Source of the DNA: Dendrobates tinctorius | Lineage: Eukaryota | Length of the DNA: 64,000 bases | NCBI RefSeq assembly: GCF_039654945.1 | Contig: NW_027361827.1 | Location: 18,290,001 to 18,354,000 of the forward strand | Direction of reading: 5' to 3' | Shown: positions 24,064 through 35,327 of the stretch, piece after piece | Layout of the letters: every line of letters starts with the position of its first letter | Position numbering within the stretch: position 1 is the first letter of the stretch | Translations under genes and position numbers: made by a program | The notes under the pieces: model-generated | The model's input: the letters and a program-made list of their open reading frames with translations, nothing else | Database searches by the model: none | Told to the model about the DNA's origin: nothing

Positions 24064-26864
24064 TATATATACATTAATAAGTTATCATTAAACATTAGCA
24101 TATAAGAATAATTAGCTTGATGAGATATTAATATAAGCTCTTACATGATCCAAATAATTGTATGCTTGAGGAATGTAAAGAAGATAAGAGGGCAGAAAGG
24201 GAAAGATTGGGAAGGAAAAGGAGGGTTGGGGTGGGAAAAAAAAAGCAAAAAAAAAACATGACGTATGGAAACCAGCACTTCTCAGGAGACCACATCTACT
24301 ACAACATTCTACTTTACGTATTACTTACTGACAGCCAGATTGCCAAGTTATTCCCCTCATTCCACTGGCAATGAAAAGATTCAAGGCGATCGTTATCATG
24401 TGCAGTCATGTTTCTATTTTCATAATGCTGTTAACCTCTTTCACTCATTTGCCAAAAGTGAGAGTTTTTGTGGTTTTCCAGTGACATGGAATAATGGACT
24501 TAACAGCTGGTATAGAATGTCTAAGGATATCTATCTTTGCCTCTTGAGATGGAATCCGGAGTAATGGAAAGTAGGCCTATTTGTGGGGAGGGTATGACCC
24601 TGCTACCCGTGAGACTATTGTACAGTGAGAAAATTGAATTCCAGAACCCAGAAACCAATGGGGATTATCCCCATATATGTAACCAGAGCTGTGGAGTGGG
24701 TAAGCCAAACCTCAGACTCCCCAATTTCCCTGACCCCACAGCACTGGTCACTACCTGACCATGTGCATAAAGTGCAGCACGGATTCATCTCAATAAAAAG
24801 CAGAGATCCTTACATTAGAACAGACATTTATGGGAAGTTCACACTAGGTGTTTTTTTCTGCAGGAAAACCTGATCTCTTGGCAGGAAAGAAGCTGCAGAA
24901 AAAAAAGCATGTTTTTCTTTTTTCCTTTTTTTGCGGCATTTTTTATGCGGTTTGTTTGCTGCTAAATTTCTCTTGTTCATGCTGATAAAGTTTAGTGTTG
25001 GAAAAAGGTTCTATTCCATAGAATCAGGTTTTCACACAAAAACGCAGCAAAACCTTATACCTGCATTTTTGGTGCTATTTTTCAGTGTTTTTTGAACATC
25101 GAGTCAAGTCAATGGGTGAAAGAAGTGACATGCTCTATGTCCAAAAAAACATGCAAAGCACAAAATACTGATGACAAAAAAACAGTGTGTGCAGGAGATT
25201 TCTCAATTTTCATAGGCTTTGCTGGTACTGTAAAATGCAGCTGAAAATTAGCATAAAAACACAGCAAAAATGCCTAATTTTTGCCTTCTAGGACATTTCA
25301 TAACTTTCCCGAATTCTTCTGAAAATATTTACAGTAAATCTTGCATTGAACTACTGTGCTCAATTTCTCATATATTTTAGGAGTCGGTCCATTTTATTCT
25401 GACTCCATCAAAATGGACGCCAACTACAACGCTGACTCCACATCTCTCTATAACATAGACCCAGCTGCTCTCCAAGCCACTCCACACCTCCACCCGCACA
25501 AGTTAGACACAGAGGGGAAGATGCTATGTAGCATAGTGGGACAATGGTATCATCTCAATAGAATCTTATAGTTTTTCTCCTAAATATGGCAAGTAATAGG
25601 TAATTGCGCATGCCCGAGAAATGTTTTCACAGAGCAGGCGCTGCCATAGGAGACAGAAGGAGGCGTGGCACAGACGGCAGAGCAGGGGAATGATGGACGT
25701 CTATGGCAGCACAGGGACATGATGGACGGCTATGGGAGGCGGGGCCCACATGCTACAGAGACATGTTTGAAGGCGGGGAGGCGGCTGATACAGGGGGGAC
25801 ACACCATACCTATGGGACTGAATACAGGTATGAGGAGCTATTTATAAAAGTCGATATTTCAGCGTTACTGGGGGTCAGAAACGGAAGATCCACCTTCACA
25901 GAATGCAGCCTTAGTGCTGCTGAAGGTGGCGCTTTAACTGAAAAACGCCCTGGGGGGGGTGACAGGTTCCCGCCCCCGACACGTTAAACCCGGGCACACT
26001 GCGATCAAACATGATCGCAGTGTACCGGGGGTTTAGGGAAGCCTCGGGAGGGAGGGGGCTCCCTCCGTGCTTCCCTGAGACCCCGCAGCAGGTCCCTGGA
26101 TCCAATATGGCGGAGGGGACCTTCGGGGGCCTGCAAGGAAGCCTGTGAAGCGCCTGTGACAGATCGCTGATCTGTCACAGCGATCTGTGATGTGACAGAT
26201 CAGCGATCTGTCACATGACAGTTATGTGCCCCCTGGGACAATGTAATAAAGTTTAAAAAAGAAAAGTGTAAAAATAATTTATAAAAAATCGCTAAATAAA
26301 TTAAGAAAAAAATATTCCCTAATAAATTCATTTTTTGGAAATAAAAAAAAGGCAAGAAATGGGGAACAATCGTGAGTTCCTACTGTAATGGAAAACTTGA
26401 ATAAAAATCCAGAAAACAAGGGGTTAAATCAGTAACTAATACCACTAAAAAGGGTATACTCCGAATAAAATCATATAAACAAAAGAGGAAGGAGTACAAT
26501 TACCCATAAAATCTGTATAAATTTTATTACATAATCATAAATATTCAATCCAAGAATAGAAACATCTTAAAAATTATAAAGATGAAGGATACATGACAGA
26601 ATAACTGATACAATCACAAAATTGTATAGACCAGGGCTTCAGAGACTATAAAGCATATATAACAATATAATCTACAAGTAAACATAGACCAATACTAACA
26701 TTATCAATGTGCTGGGCATTCACAAATACCAGTGTGTATATAGTCAGCTCAATCTATAACACCATACATATGGTACTATAAACCTCCTAAAACTTGCCAA
26801 AAGAACCACCCAGCACACAGTGAAGCCTCACCCAAATTGGTCCCAGAGATCAGTCAGAAGAGTG

Positions 26865-26906
26865 CAGCCCCAACGCGCGTTTCGCGTGGGCTTCCTCAGG
26901 GGGCTG
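26865..26906 (-). ncRNA. Minimal hammerhead ribozyme in the inverted pLTR
   Basis: Exact reverse complement of 29539-29580. Confidence 0.85.
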
Positions 26907-27454
26907 TGCACACGTTTGTAAAGTTATCCCTTTATATATACCCCATACAGCTGTCCCTAATCACAGACAATGTAAGCGGTGCATGTAGATGAAATCGTGC
27001 AGGGCTGGATGTGACGTCACTCCCAGGCCTCCTATGCGATGAGTGAACACAGGAGACGCCACCATGGCAACTCCCGTACACATCCACCGCAGTGCGGACG
27101 CTGCGAGTGACGCTCCCGCCCATACACGTCATGGACATGCGCACATGTCCAGGGAAGATCCGGAATCAAAACAATGTAGGTCACATCCGGTCAAATGTGA
27201 AAAATGAGGTTGAATGACCTCATGGAGATCAACGTCCAACACTGCGGAGACACCATCACATGTTTCTCAATGCAGTGATTCTAGAGCAATGCCCCCATCC
27301 CTTATGGGAAATATGCAAAACACAAGCCGCGGAGACACCATCACAGGTTTCTCAACGCAAGCAAAGACTAGCCAGGTCTTTCCCCGGGAAGGAACAACCA
27401 CGGGAAGGGCAGTCTCCAATGAAGGAAACCACCTATGCCAAAACATGGTATCCA

Positions 27455-27498
27455 TCCACAGACAGCTGTTTCGGGGTATTGCCCCTCATCAGTGTGGA
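27455..27498 (-). ncRNA. Type I hammerhead ribozyme (repeat unit 1)
   Basis: Minus strand: UCCACA-CUGAUGA-GGGG(CAAUA)CCCC-GAAA-CAGCUG-UC|UGUGGA, i.e. stem I, core, stem II, palindromic stem III and a GUC site (cleavage at 27461/27460). Confidence 0.92.
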
Positions 27499-27797
27499 GT
27501 AGGAAACTGGCTAGTAGGAGCAATGCCTAGTAAAAGACTGTGAAAAATGAGGATGAATGACCTCATGGAGATCAACAACCAACACTGCGGAGACACCATC
27601 ACATGTTTCTCAACGCAGTGATTCTAGAGCAATGCCCCCATCCCCTATGGGAAATATGCAAAACACAAGCCGCGGAGACACCATCACATGTTTCTCAATG
27701 CAAGCAATGACTAGCCAGGTCTTTCCCTGGGAAGGAACAACCACGGGAAGGGCAGTCTCCAATGAAGGAAACCACCTATGCCAAAACATGGTATCCA

Positions 27798-27841
27798 TCC
27801 ACAGACAGCTGTTTCGGGGTATTGCCCCTCATCAGTGTGGA
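27798..27841 (-). ncRNA. Type I hammerhead ribozyme (repeat unit 2)
   Basis: Identical to unit 1. The third copy (28141-28172) is cut just before CUGAUGA. Confidence 0.92.
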
Positions 27842-28172
27842 GTAGGAAACTGGCTAGTAGGAGCAATGCCTAGTAAAAGACTGTGAAAAATGAGGATGAA
27901 TGACCCCATGGAGATCAACATCCAACACTGCGGAGACACCATCACATGTTTCTCAACGCAGTGATTCTAGAGCAGTGCCCCCATCCCTTATGGGAAATAT
28001 GCAAAACACAAGCCGCGGAGACACTATCACATGTTTCTCAACGCAAGCAATGACAAGCCAGGTCTTTCCCCGGGAAGGAACAACCACGGGAAGGGCAGTT
28101 TCCAATGAAGGAAACCACCTATGCCAAAACATGGCATCCATCCACAGACAGCTGTTTCGGGGGTATTGCCCC

Positions 28173-28512
28173 CATAGTATACTATGCACGCTGCACGTGT
28201 TCATTGGTATATGTGGGATTGACCACAAGAGAACTTCGTGTTAGAACACGGGAACATGTTAGGGATATTATGGCAGCAAGGAATGTGGATGATATTTGTT
28301 CCTTGAAAACCCTCCCAAGACATTTTAAAGAAAAACATAATTGTAATCCAAAGGAACTAAAAATATGTGGGATAGATAGGATTCGATTGGGAGTTAGGGG
28401 TAGTGATTATAAAAGCATTTTGGCCCAGAGAGAGTGCAAATGGATTGCTACTCTGGGTACAATGGTTACTGATGGTTTAAATGAGCAAATCAGCTTTGCC
28501 TCATATCTGTAA
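28173..28512 (+). pseudogene. 5'-truncated Penelope-like GIY-YIG endonuclease domain
   Basis: IVYYARCTCSLVYVGLTTRELRVRTREH...RECKWIATLGTMVTDGLN contains the VY/YVG, R, E and GLN motifs. Confidence 0.92.
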
Positions 28513-29538
28513 TCTGGATTTGTTTTTAATCGTGGTTTTGTTTTCCCTTGTTTTTAATTTTATATGTTTATTTTTTTTTTTATAGTTTTATTTGGTATAT
28601 TACTTTTTCGATCTGCCCTTGATGGGATTCTCCGGTTCTTCTCTAAAACAGTTGGAATATGTGGCTTTTACAGGGAATACTTACCATGGGTTGAAATTGA
28701 ATTATCATCGCCTCTATGGATCAAGAATAACGAAATTTATGATACATTATATAATTGTATTTTCACATTATTTTTCACTATATCTTGTATGATGTAATTG
28801 TTTATAAAATTGTGTGAATGTCTATTAATACAGTGTTTTGTTTCACTTGTCACTATATGATTTGTATTACTCCATTTATGGGGTTCTTAGTTAGTATGGT
28901 TATTTACACTTTTGTCACTTTTTATATAAACATTGATCCATTCATGTGATTAATTGGCAACATGGCTTTTTGATATGGTATTTTATATATATATATTCAT
29001 GATATGGGCTATTGTGTGCTCACACCTTGTAATTTTGGTGTGATGTTGCCATGGTGATGTTTGTTAGCTTGCACCGATGGCGATTTTTGTAAATACGTTA
29101 CTGTACTGCGCATAACTAATATAAGGTTTGTTTGTGCGCCTATTTTATGTCCATTCGCCATATCGGATTGGGGCTGAGATCACTTTGGCAACGGTCTTTT
29201 AGCATATTCTAATGGTGTTTTAGGGTTTAACGTCACTTCCGGTCATTTGACCGGATGTGACCTACATTGTTTTGATTCCGGATCTTCCCTGGACATGTGC
29301 GCATGTCCATGACGTGTATGGGCGGGAGTGTCGCACGTGGCGTCCGCAGTGCGGTGGATGTGTACGGGAGTTGCCATGGTTGCGGCTCCTGTGTTCACTC
29401 ATCGCATAGGAGGCCTGGGAGTGACGTCACATCCGGCCCTGCACGATTTATTTCATCTACATGCGCCGCTTACATTGTCTGTGATTAGGGACAGCTGTAT
29501 TGGGTATATATAAAGGGATAACTTTACAAACGTGTGCA

Positions 29539-29580
29539 CAGCCCCCTGAGGAAGCCCACGCGAAACGCGCGTTGGGGCTG
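29539..29580 (+). ncRNA. Minimal hammerhead ribozyme of the PLE pLTR
   Basis: CAGCCCC-CUGAGGA-AGCCCACGC-GAAA-CGCGCG-UU|GGGGCUG; TATATATAAA lies ~30 nt upstream. Confidence 0.85.
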
Positions 29581-30441
29581 CACTCTTCTGACCGATCACT
29601 GGGACCAATTTGGGTGAGACTTCACTGTGTGCTGGGTGGTTCTTTTGGCATGTTTTAGGAGGTTTATAGTACCATATGTATGGTGTGATAGATTGAGCTG
29701 ACTATATATACACTGGTATTTGTGAATGCCCAGCACATTGATGTTAGTATTGGTCTATGTTTACGTTTAGATTATATTGTTATATATGCTTTATAGTCTC
29801 TGAAGCCCTGGTCTATACAATTTTGTGATTGTATCAGTTATGCTGTCATGTATCCTTCATCTTTATAATTTTTAAGATGTTTCTATTCTTGGATTGAACA
29901 TTTATTATTATGTAATAAAATGTGTACAGATTTTCTGGGTAATTGTGCTCCTTCCTCTTTTGTTTATATGTAATGGAAAACTTGTAGGTGAGCTGTCCGG
30001 CTCCCTAGTATCGTATATTAATTCAGAATAGTTGTAGGAGGAACCTGTTACGTTGAAAAGGAGGCTTGTTGCCAGTTTCTCTGTAGTTATATTAAAAATA
30101 AAAAAAACCTAAAATTTCAAATCACCCCCCTTTCGCCCCAATCAAAATAAAACAATAAAAAAATCACATATACACATATTAGGTATCGCTGCGTACAGAA
30201 TCGCCCGATCTATCAATAAAAAAAACATTAACCCGATCGTTAAACGGCGTAGTGAGAGAAAAATTCAAAACACCACAATTACAGTTTTTTGGTCGCCGTG
30301 ACACTGCATTAAAATGCAATAACGGGCGATCAAAGGAAAGTATTTGCACAAACGTGGTATAATTAAAAACATCAGCCCAGCATGCAAAAAATAAGCCCTC
30401 ACCCGACCCCAGATCACGAAACATGGAGGAGCTACGGGTCT

Positions 30442-30474
<33 letters not shown>

Positions 30475-31015
30475 AGCAAACTTTGGAATTTTTTTCACCA
30501 CCTAGATAAAAGAGGACATAGACATGTTTGGTGTCTATGAACTCGTCATGACCTGGAGAATCATTGTGGCAAAAAAGCCAAGCAAAAAACAAGTGTGGGA
30601 TTGCAGTTTCTTTTTTCCCATTTTCGAGTAGATGTCATGGTAAAAACAATGGTGTAGTTTAAAAGTACAATTCGTCCCGCAAAAAATAAGCCCTCACATG
30701 GCCATATTGATGGAAAAATAAAAAAGTTATGGCTCTGGAAAGAAGGGGAGCGAAAAATCGAAGAAAAAAAAAGCTCCGGGAGTTAAGGGGTTAAAGAAGC
30801 CAACCTGATTGTTGCTAACAATTGAGAGTAGGTAGTGGGAGAGCGGTGATGCAATTATTTTAGAGTTTATTTTGTCATCTAAATTAAGGATATTGGATGA
30901 AAATTAGTGCAGGCATTTGGTTCTTTTCCAAGCTTTGATAAAACCGTTATGTGAGCCTTAAGTGATTAGGGGGCATTTGGGAAGTCTTCTGAGTTATTAT
31001 TGGACACTTGCTTAT

Positions 31016-31632
31016 AGGGAATCTGTTACCCCATTTTTGGCTTATAAGCTGCGGCTGTGGCCATCAGGTGCTTATCTACAGCATTCTGTAATGCTGTATA
31101 TAAGCTCCCGACATAACCTGAAAGATAAGTCAAAAAAATTTAGATTATACTCACCCTGGCGTTCGGTCCGGTCCAATGGGTGTCGCCGTTCGGTCCGGCG
31201 CCTCCCATCTTCATACCATGATGTCCTCCTCCTTGCTTCTTTCTCGGCTCCTGCACAGGCGTACTTTATCTTCCCTGTTGAGGGCAGAGTAAAGTACTGC
31301 AGTGCGCAGGCGCGGGACCTCTCTGTCCTTTCCCGACGCCTGCGCACTGCAGTACTTTACTCTGCCCTCAACAGGGCAGATAAAGTACGCCTGCGCAGGA
31401 GCCGAGGGAGAAGCAAGGAGGAGGACATCATCGTGTGAAGATGGGAGGACCCAGACCGGACCGCGACACTCACCGCATCTGACTCCGCCAACCGGTGAAT
31501 ATAATTTAATGTGTTTTTCTTATCTTTCAGATTTCATCGGTGGCTTATCTACAGCATTACAGAATGCTGTAGACAAGCCCCTGATGGCGGTGGCCGCAGC
31601 TTATAGGGCTAAAATGGGGTGACAGATTCCCT
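31016..31632. mobile_element. Palindromic T2/Kolobok-type MITE
   Basis: AGGGAATCTGT...ACAGATTCCCT|TTAA; the whole element is an inverted repeat. Confidence 0.85.
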
Positions 31633-31821
31633 TTAAAATGATGGTGGTAACTGGGTTGCAAACATCTTATAAAATCTGTTTTTGAATCCATCTGGCCCAG
31701 GACGTTTTTTTCCTACAGGAGAGGCCAATAAATCATTCCCTATCTCTTGTTCAGTGAAAGCTTTGTGTAGTACATCCTACTCAGGCCTCTGGAAGGAAGC
31801 AAGGGCAGCGTTCATAATATA

Positions 31822-33537
31822 CACTGCTCAAAAAAATAACGGAAACACTTAAACAACAGAATATAATTCCACGTAAATCAAACTTCTGTGAAATCAAACT
31901 GTCCACTTAGGAAGCAACACTGATTGACAATCAATTTCGCATGCTGTTGTGCAAATGGAATAGGCAACAGATGGAAATTATTGGCTATTATCAAGACACA
32001 CAATAAAGGAGTGGTTCTGCAGGTGGGGACCACAGACCACATCTCAGTACCAATGCTTTCTGGCTGATGTTTTGGTCACTTTTGAATGTTGGTTGTGCTT
32101 TCACACTCGTGGTAGCATGAAACGGACTCTACAACCCACACAAGTGGCTCACCTTTTGCTTTGATTACTGCTTTGCATACTCTTGGCATTCTCTTGATGA
32201 GCTTCAAGAGGTAGTCACCGGAAATGGTTTTCACTTCACAGGTGTGCCCTGTCAAGTTTAATAAGTGGGATTTCTTGCCTTATAAATGAGGTTGGGACCA
32301 TCAGTTATGTTGTGCAGAAGTCTGGTGGATACACAGCTGATAGTCCTACTGAATAGACTGTTAGAATTTTGTATTATGGCAAGAAAAAAGCAGCTAAGTA
32401 AAGAAAAACGAGTGGCCATCATTACTTTAAGAAATGAGGGTCAGTCAGTCCGAAAAATTGGGAAAACTTTGAAAGTGTCCCCAAGCGCAGTGGCAAAAAC
32501 CATCAAGCGCTACAAAGAAACTGGCTCACATGAGGACCGCCCCAGGAAAGGAAGACCAAGAGTCACCTCTGCTGCGGAGGATAAGTTCATCCGAGTCACC
32601 AGCCTCAGAAATCGCAGGTTAACAGCAGCTCAGATTAGAGACCAGGTCAATGCCACACAGAGTTCTAGCAGCAGACACATCTCTACAACAACTGTTAAGA
32701 GGAGACTTTGTGCAGCAGGCCTTCATGGTAAAATAGCTGCTAGGAAACCACTGCTAAGGACAGGCAACAAGCAGAAGAGACTTGTTTGGGCTAAAGAACA
32801 CAAGGAATGGACATTAGACCAGTGGAAATCTGTGCTTTGGTCTGATGAGTCCAAATTTGAGATCTTTGGTTCCAACCACCGTGTCTTTGTGTGACAGAAA
32901 TGGTGAACGGATTGGCTCTACATGCCTGGTTCTCACCATGAAGCATGGAGGAGGAGGTGTGATGGTGTGGGGGTGCTTTGCTGGTGACACTGTTGGGGAT
33001 TTATTTAAAATTGAAGGCATACTGAACCAGCATGGCTACCACAGCATCTTGCAGCGGCGTGCTATTCTATCCGGTTTGCGTTTAGTTGGACCATCATTTA
33101 TTTTTCAACAGGACAATGACCCCAAACACACCTCCAGGCTGTGTAAGGGCTATTTGACCATGAAGGAGAGTGATGGGGTGCTACGCCAGATGACCTGGCC
33201 TCCACTGTCACCAGACCTGAACCCAATCGAGATGGTTTGGGGTGAGCTGGACCTCAGAGTGAAGGCAAAAGGGCCAACAAGTGCTAAGCATCTCTGGAAA
33301 CTCCTTCAAGACTGTTGGAAGACCATTTCCGGTGACTACCTCTTGAAGCTCATCAAGAGAATGCCAAGAGGTGGCTACTTTGAAGAACCTAGAAGACATA
33401 TTTTCAGTTGTTTCACACTTTTTTGTTAATTATATATTTCCACATGTGTCAATTCATAGGTTGATGCCTTCAGAGTGAATCTACAATTTTCATAGTCATG
33501 AAAATAAAGAAAAACTCTTTGAATGAGGTGTGTCCAA
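31822..33537 (+). mobile_element. Chimeric Tc1-type element; body encodes a frameshifted DD38E (Intruder-type) transposase (32376-33429)
   Basis: MARKKQLSKEKRVAII...WSDE...QQDNDPKH...NPIE with 38 residues between the second D and E. The left 330 bp (CACTGCTCAAAAAAATAA) belong to a different family from the right TIR. Confidence 0.88.
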
Positions 33538-33684
33538 NNNNNNNNNNNNNNNNNNNNNNNNNNNNNNNNNNNNNNNNNNNNNNNNNNNNNNNNNNNNNNN
33601 NNNNNNNNNNNNNNNNNNNNNNNNNNNNNNNNNNNNNNNNNNNNNNNNNNNNNNNNNNNNNNNNNNNNNNNNNNNNNNNNNNNN
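33538..33684. other. Assembly gap (147 N)
   Basis: Run of N. Confidence 1.
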
Positions 33685-34669
33685 ATTTAATTTTTCATCT
33701 ATTTATTTTATATAATTTTTTCTCTCCTATAACAGTAGGTTTCTATTATGGCATACTTCCTACCTGAGCGTTTGGATTTTGTCCGGTTTTATTTTGAAAA
33801 AAATTATATACAGCATTTTCATAATGTTCATCTTTATTTGTTTACTCCTTATGCCCATTCCCCCTGAGGTGTTCAGTCTTTTTTTTTTTTTTCATGAAAA
33901 CCATAGACTACTTTAATTCCACAACACAATGCTACAACTTTTAATATCGATACCACGAAAGGCTGGTGGTTTCAATGCAGCGTTGGCTGCTCGCGCACGC
34001 GCATCTTATACATCTAAATAGGCGTCAGTGTGTGCGGCCGCGTGTGTTTCATTTTGTCAGCCTTTGATTTGCGCATTCGCCGCCGTCACAATGACATTGC
34101 TTATGCCTCGGCAAGCTATTATACCAGTGGCTCATTATCATGTGACCCTGGTGTTTGCACAGCAGTGTCTTCATGACGCCTCTCTCATATCCATGGCTCC
34201 CAGAGGTCGGCTCAAGCACACCATATTCTATTAAAACCTGGCCTTACCATACCCCCATCATACCCCTGACGGAGCTGCATCGCAGCGATACGCGTGGGCT
34301 TCTTCCCCACAACCTTCCCCTCTCCTTACCACCCATTCCTTCCCTTCATTGGTCACCTTCATGGGAGTTTATTTTCCTCCTAGGACCCGGATGTTCCATC
34401 TGGTAGCGATCCTTATACTAATTTGCGACTTTTCATGTGGCATGGTTGTATATTCCTTTCTTATGAATTTGTTTTGATCATACAGATATTGTCAAATTCT
34501 AGATATTTCCTTCCTGCCATTCTACTTAGTACCGCATTTTTAGGATTGCTTTTATAAAAGGGAAGATGGGTGGTTTGGAGTTAATCCTTCAGTGCTTTAT
34601 TGCACAGTGTTCAGATTAGTGAGGCATTAATGGGGACGCCCATTTGCCTGTGTTTTTCTATACACTTTA

Positions 34670-34914
34670 GGCCTGTTTCACACTTCCGTTTTTGTGTCCG
34701 CCAAACGGATCCGTTTCCGTTTTTTTGACGGAAACTGATGCAAACGGATCCGTTTTTTTAAAAACGGATCCGTTTTTTTGACGGATCCGTGGTAACCGTA
34801 ATGGAAGTCTATGGGACAAAAAAAAACGGATCCTGCAAAAAATGGCGGATCCGTTTTTTTACGGAAAACAACGGATTTTGACGGATTTGAAAAAACGGAA
34901 GTGTGAAACAGGCC
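34670..34914. mobile_element. Harbinger-like palindromic MITE
   Basis: TTA|GGCCTGTTTCACACTTCCG...CGGAAGTGTGAAACAGGCC|TTA. Confidence 0.88.
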
Positions 34915-35327
34915 TTATGCTGCCTCCTAATTAGGATCTCAGCACACTGGTCTTCTAATTATTCCATAGCCACATGTGTTTATTCCTTGATGTCATTGTT
35001 TGTCATCTATCCTATGCATATATATATATTTTTTGTTACATAACAGCAGTGTTTTCTTGGTGGAATAATTTTTATGGGATAGGATGTGGGTCACATCTTG
35101 TATATCTTTAAAGTGTTTTTAATTGTACATCTAATTGTGACAATAAAGTATTTTCTATATATATATTTTTTTGACAAACTTCAATATAAGTGTGCGCAGT
35201 TTTTTATGCATTGGTCTGTTTCCTTCTGGTTTGGTGAGTCAGTTTCATGATACAGGAAAGATGTATATCTTTGTACTGTGTTAGCCAGTAGTATTTAGAA
35301 TTGAGAGTCCTCAGTGGTTGATACCTT

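Larger units (their letters stand above)
27196..28172 (-). repeat. 343-bp tandem repeat x ~2.85 (retrozyme-like)
   Basis: Units start at 27196, 27539 and 27882 (exact 343 spacing); about 9 differences between units 1 and 2. Confidence 0.95.
26400..29968. mobile_element. Composite Penelope-like element: inverted pLTR + retrozyme array + GIY-YIG 3' end + pLTR
   Basis: Direct repeat TGTAATGGAAAACTTG at 26384-26399 and 29969-29984; ~726-bp inverted repeats at 26472-27197 and 29244-29970, each with a hammerhead; GIY-YIG ORF end. Confidence 0.9.

Noticed and set aside
27214-28172. Repeated 109-aa ORFs and the MKETTYAK... N-terminus fused to GIY-YIG
   Set aside because: Antisense reading of the ribozyme repeat; the in-frame fusion at 28172 is most simply a chance junction.
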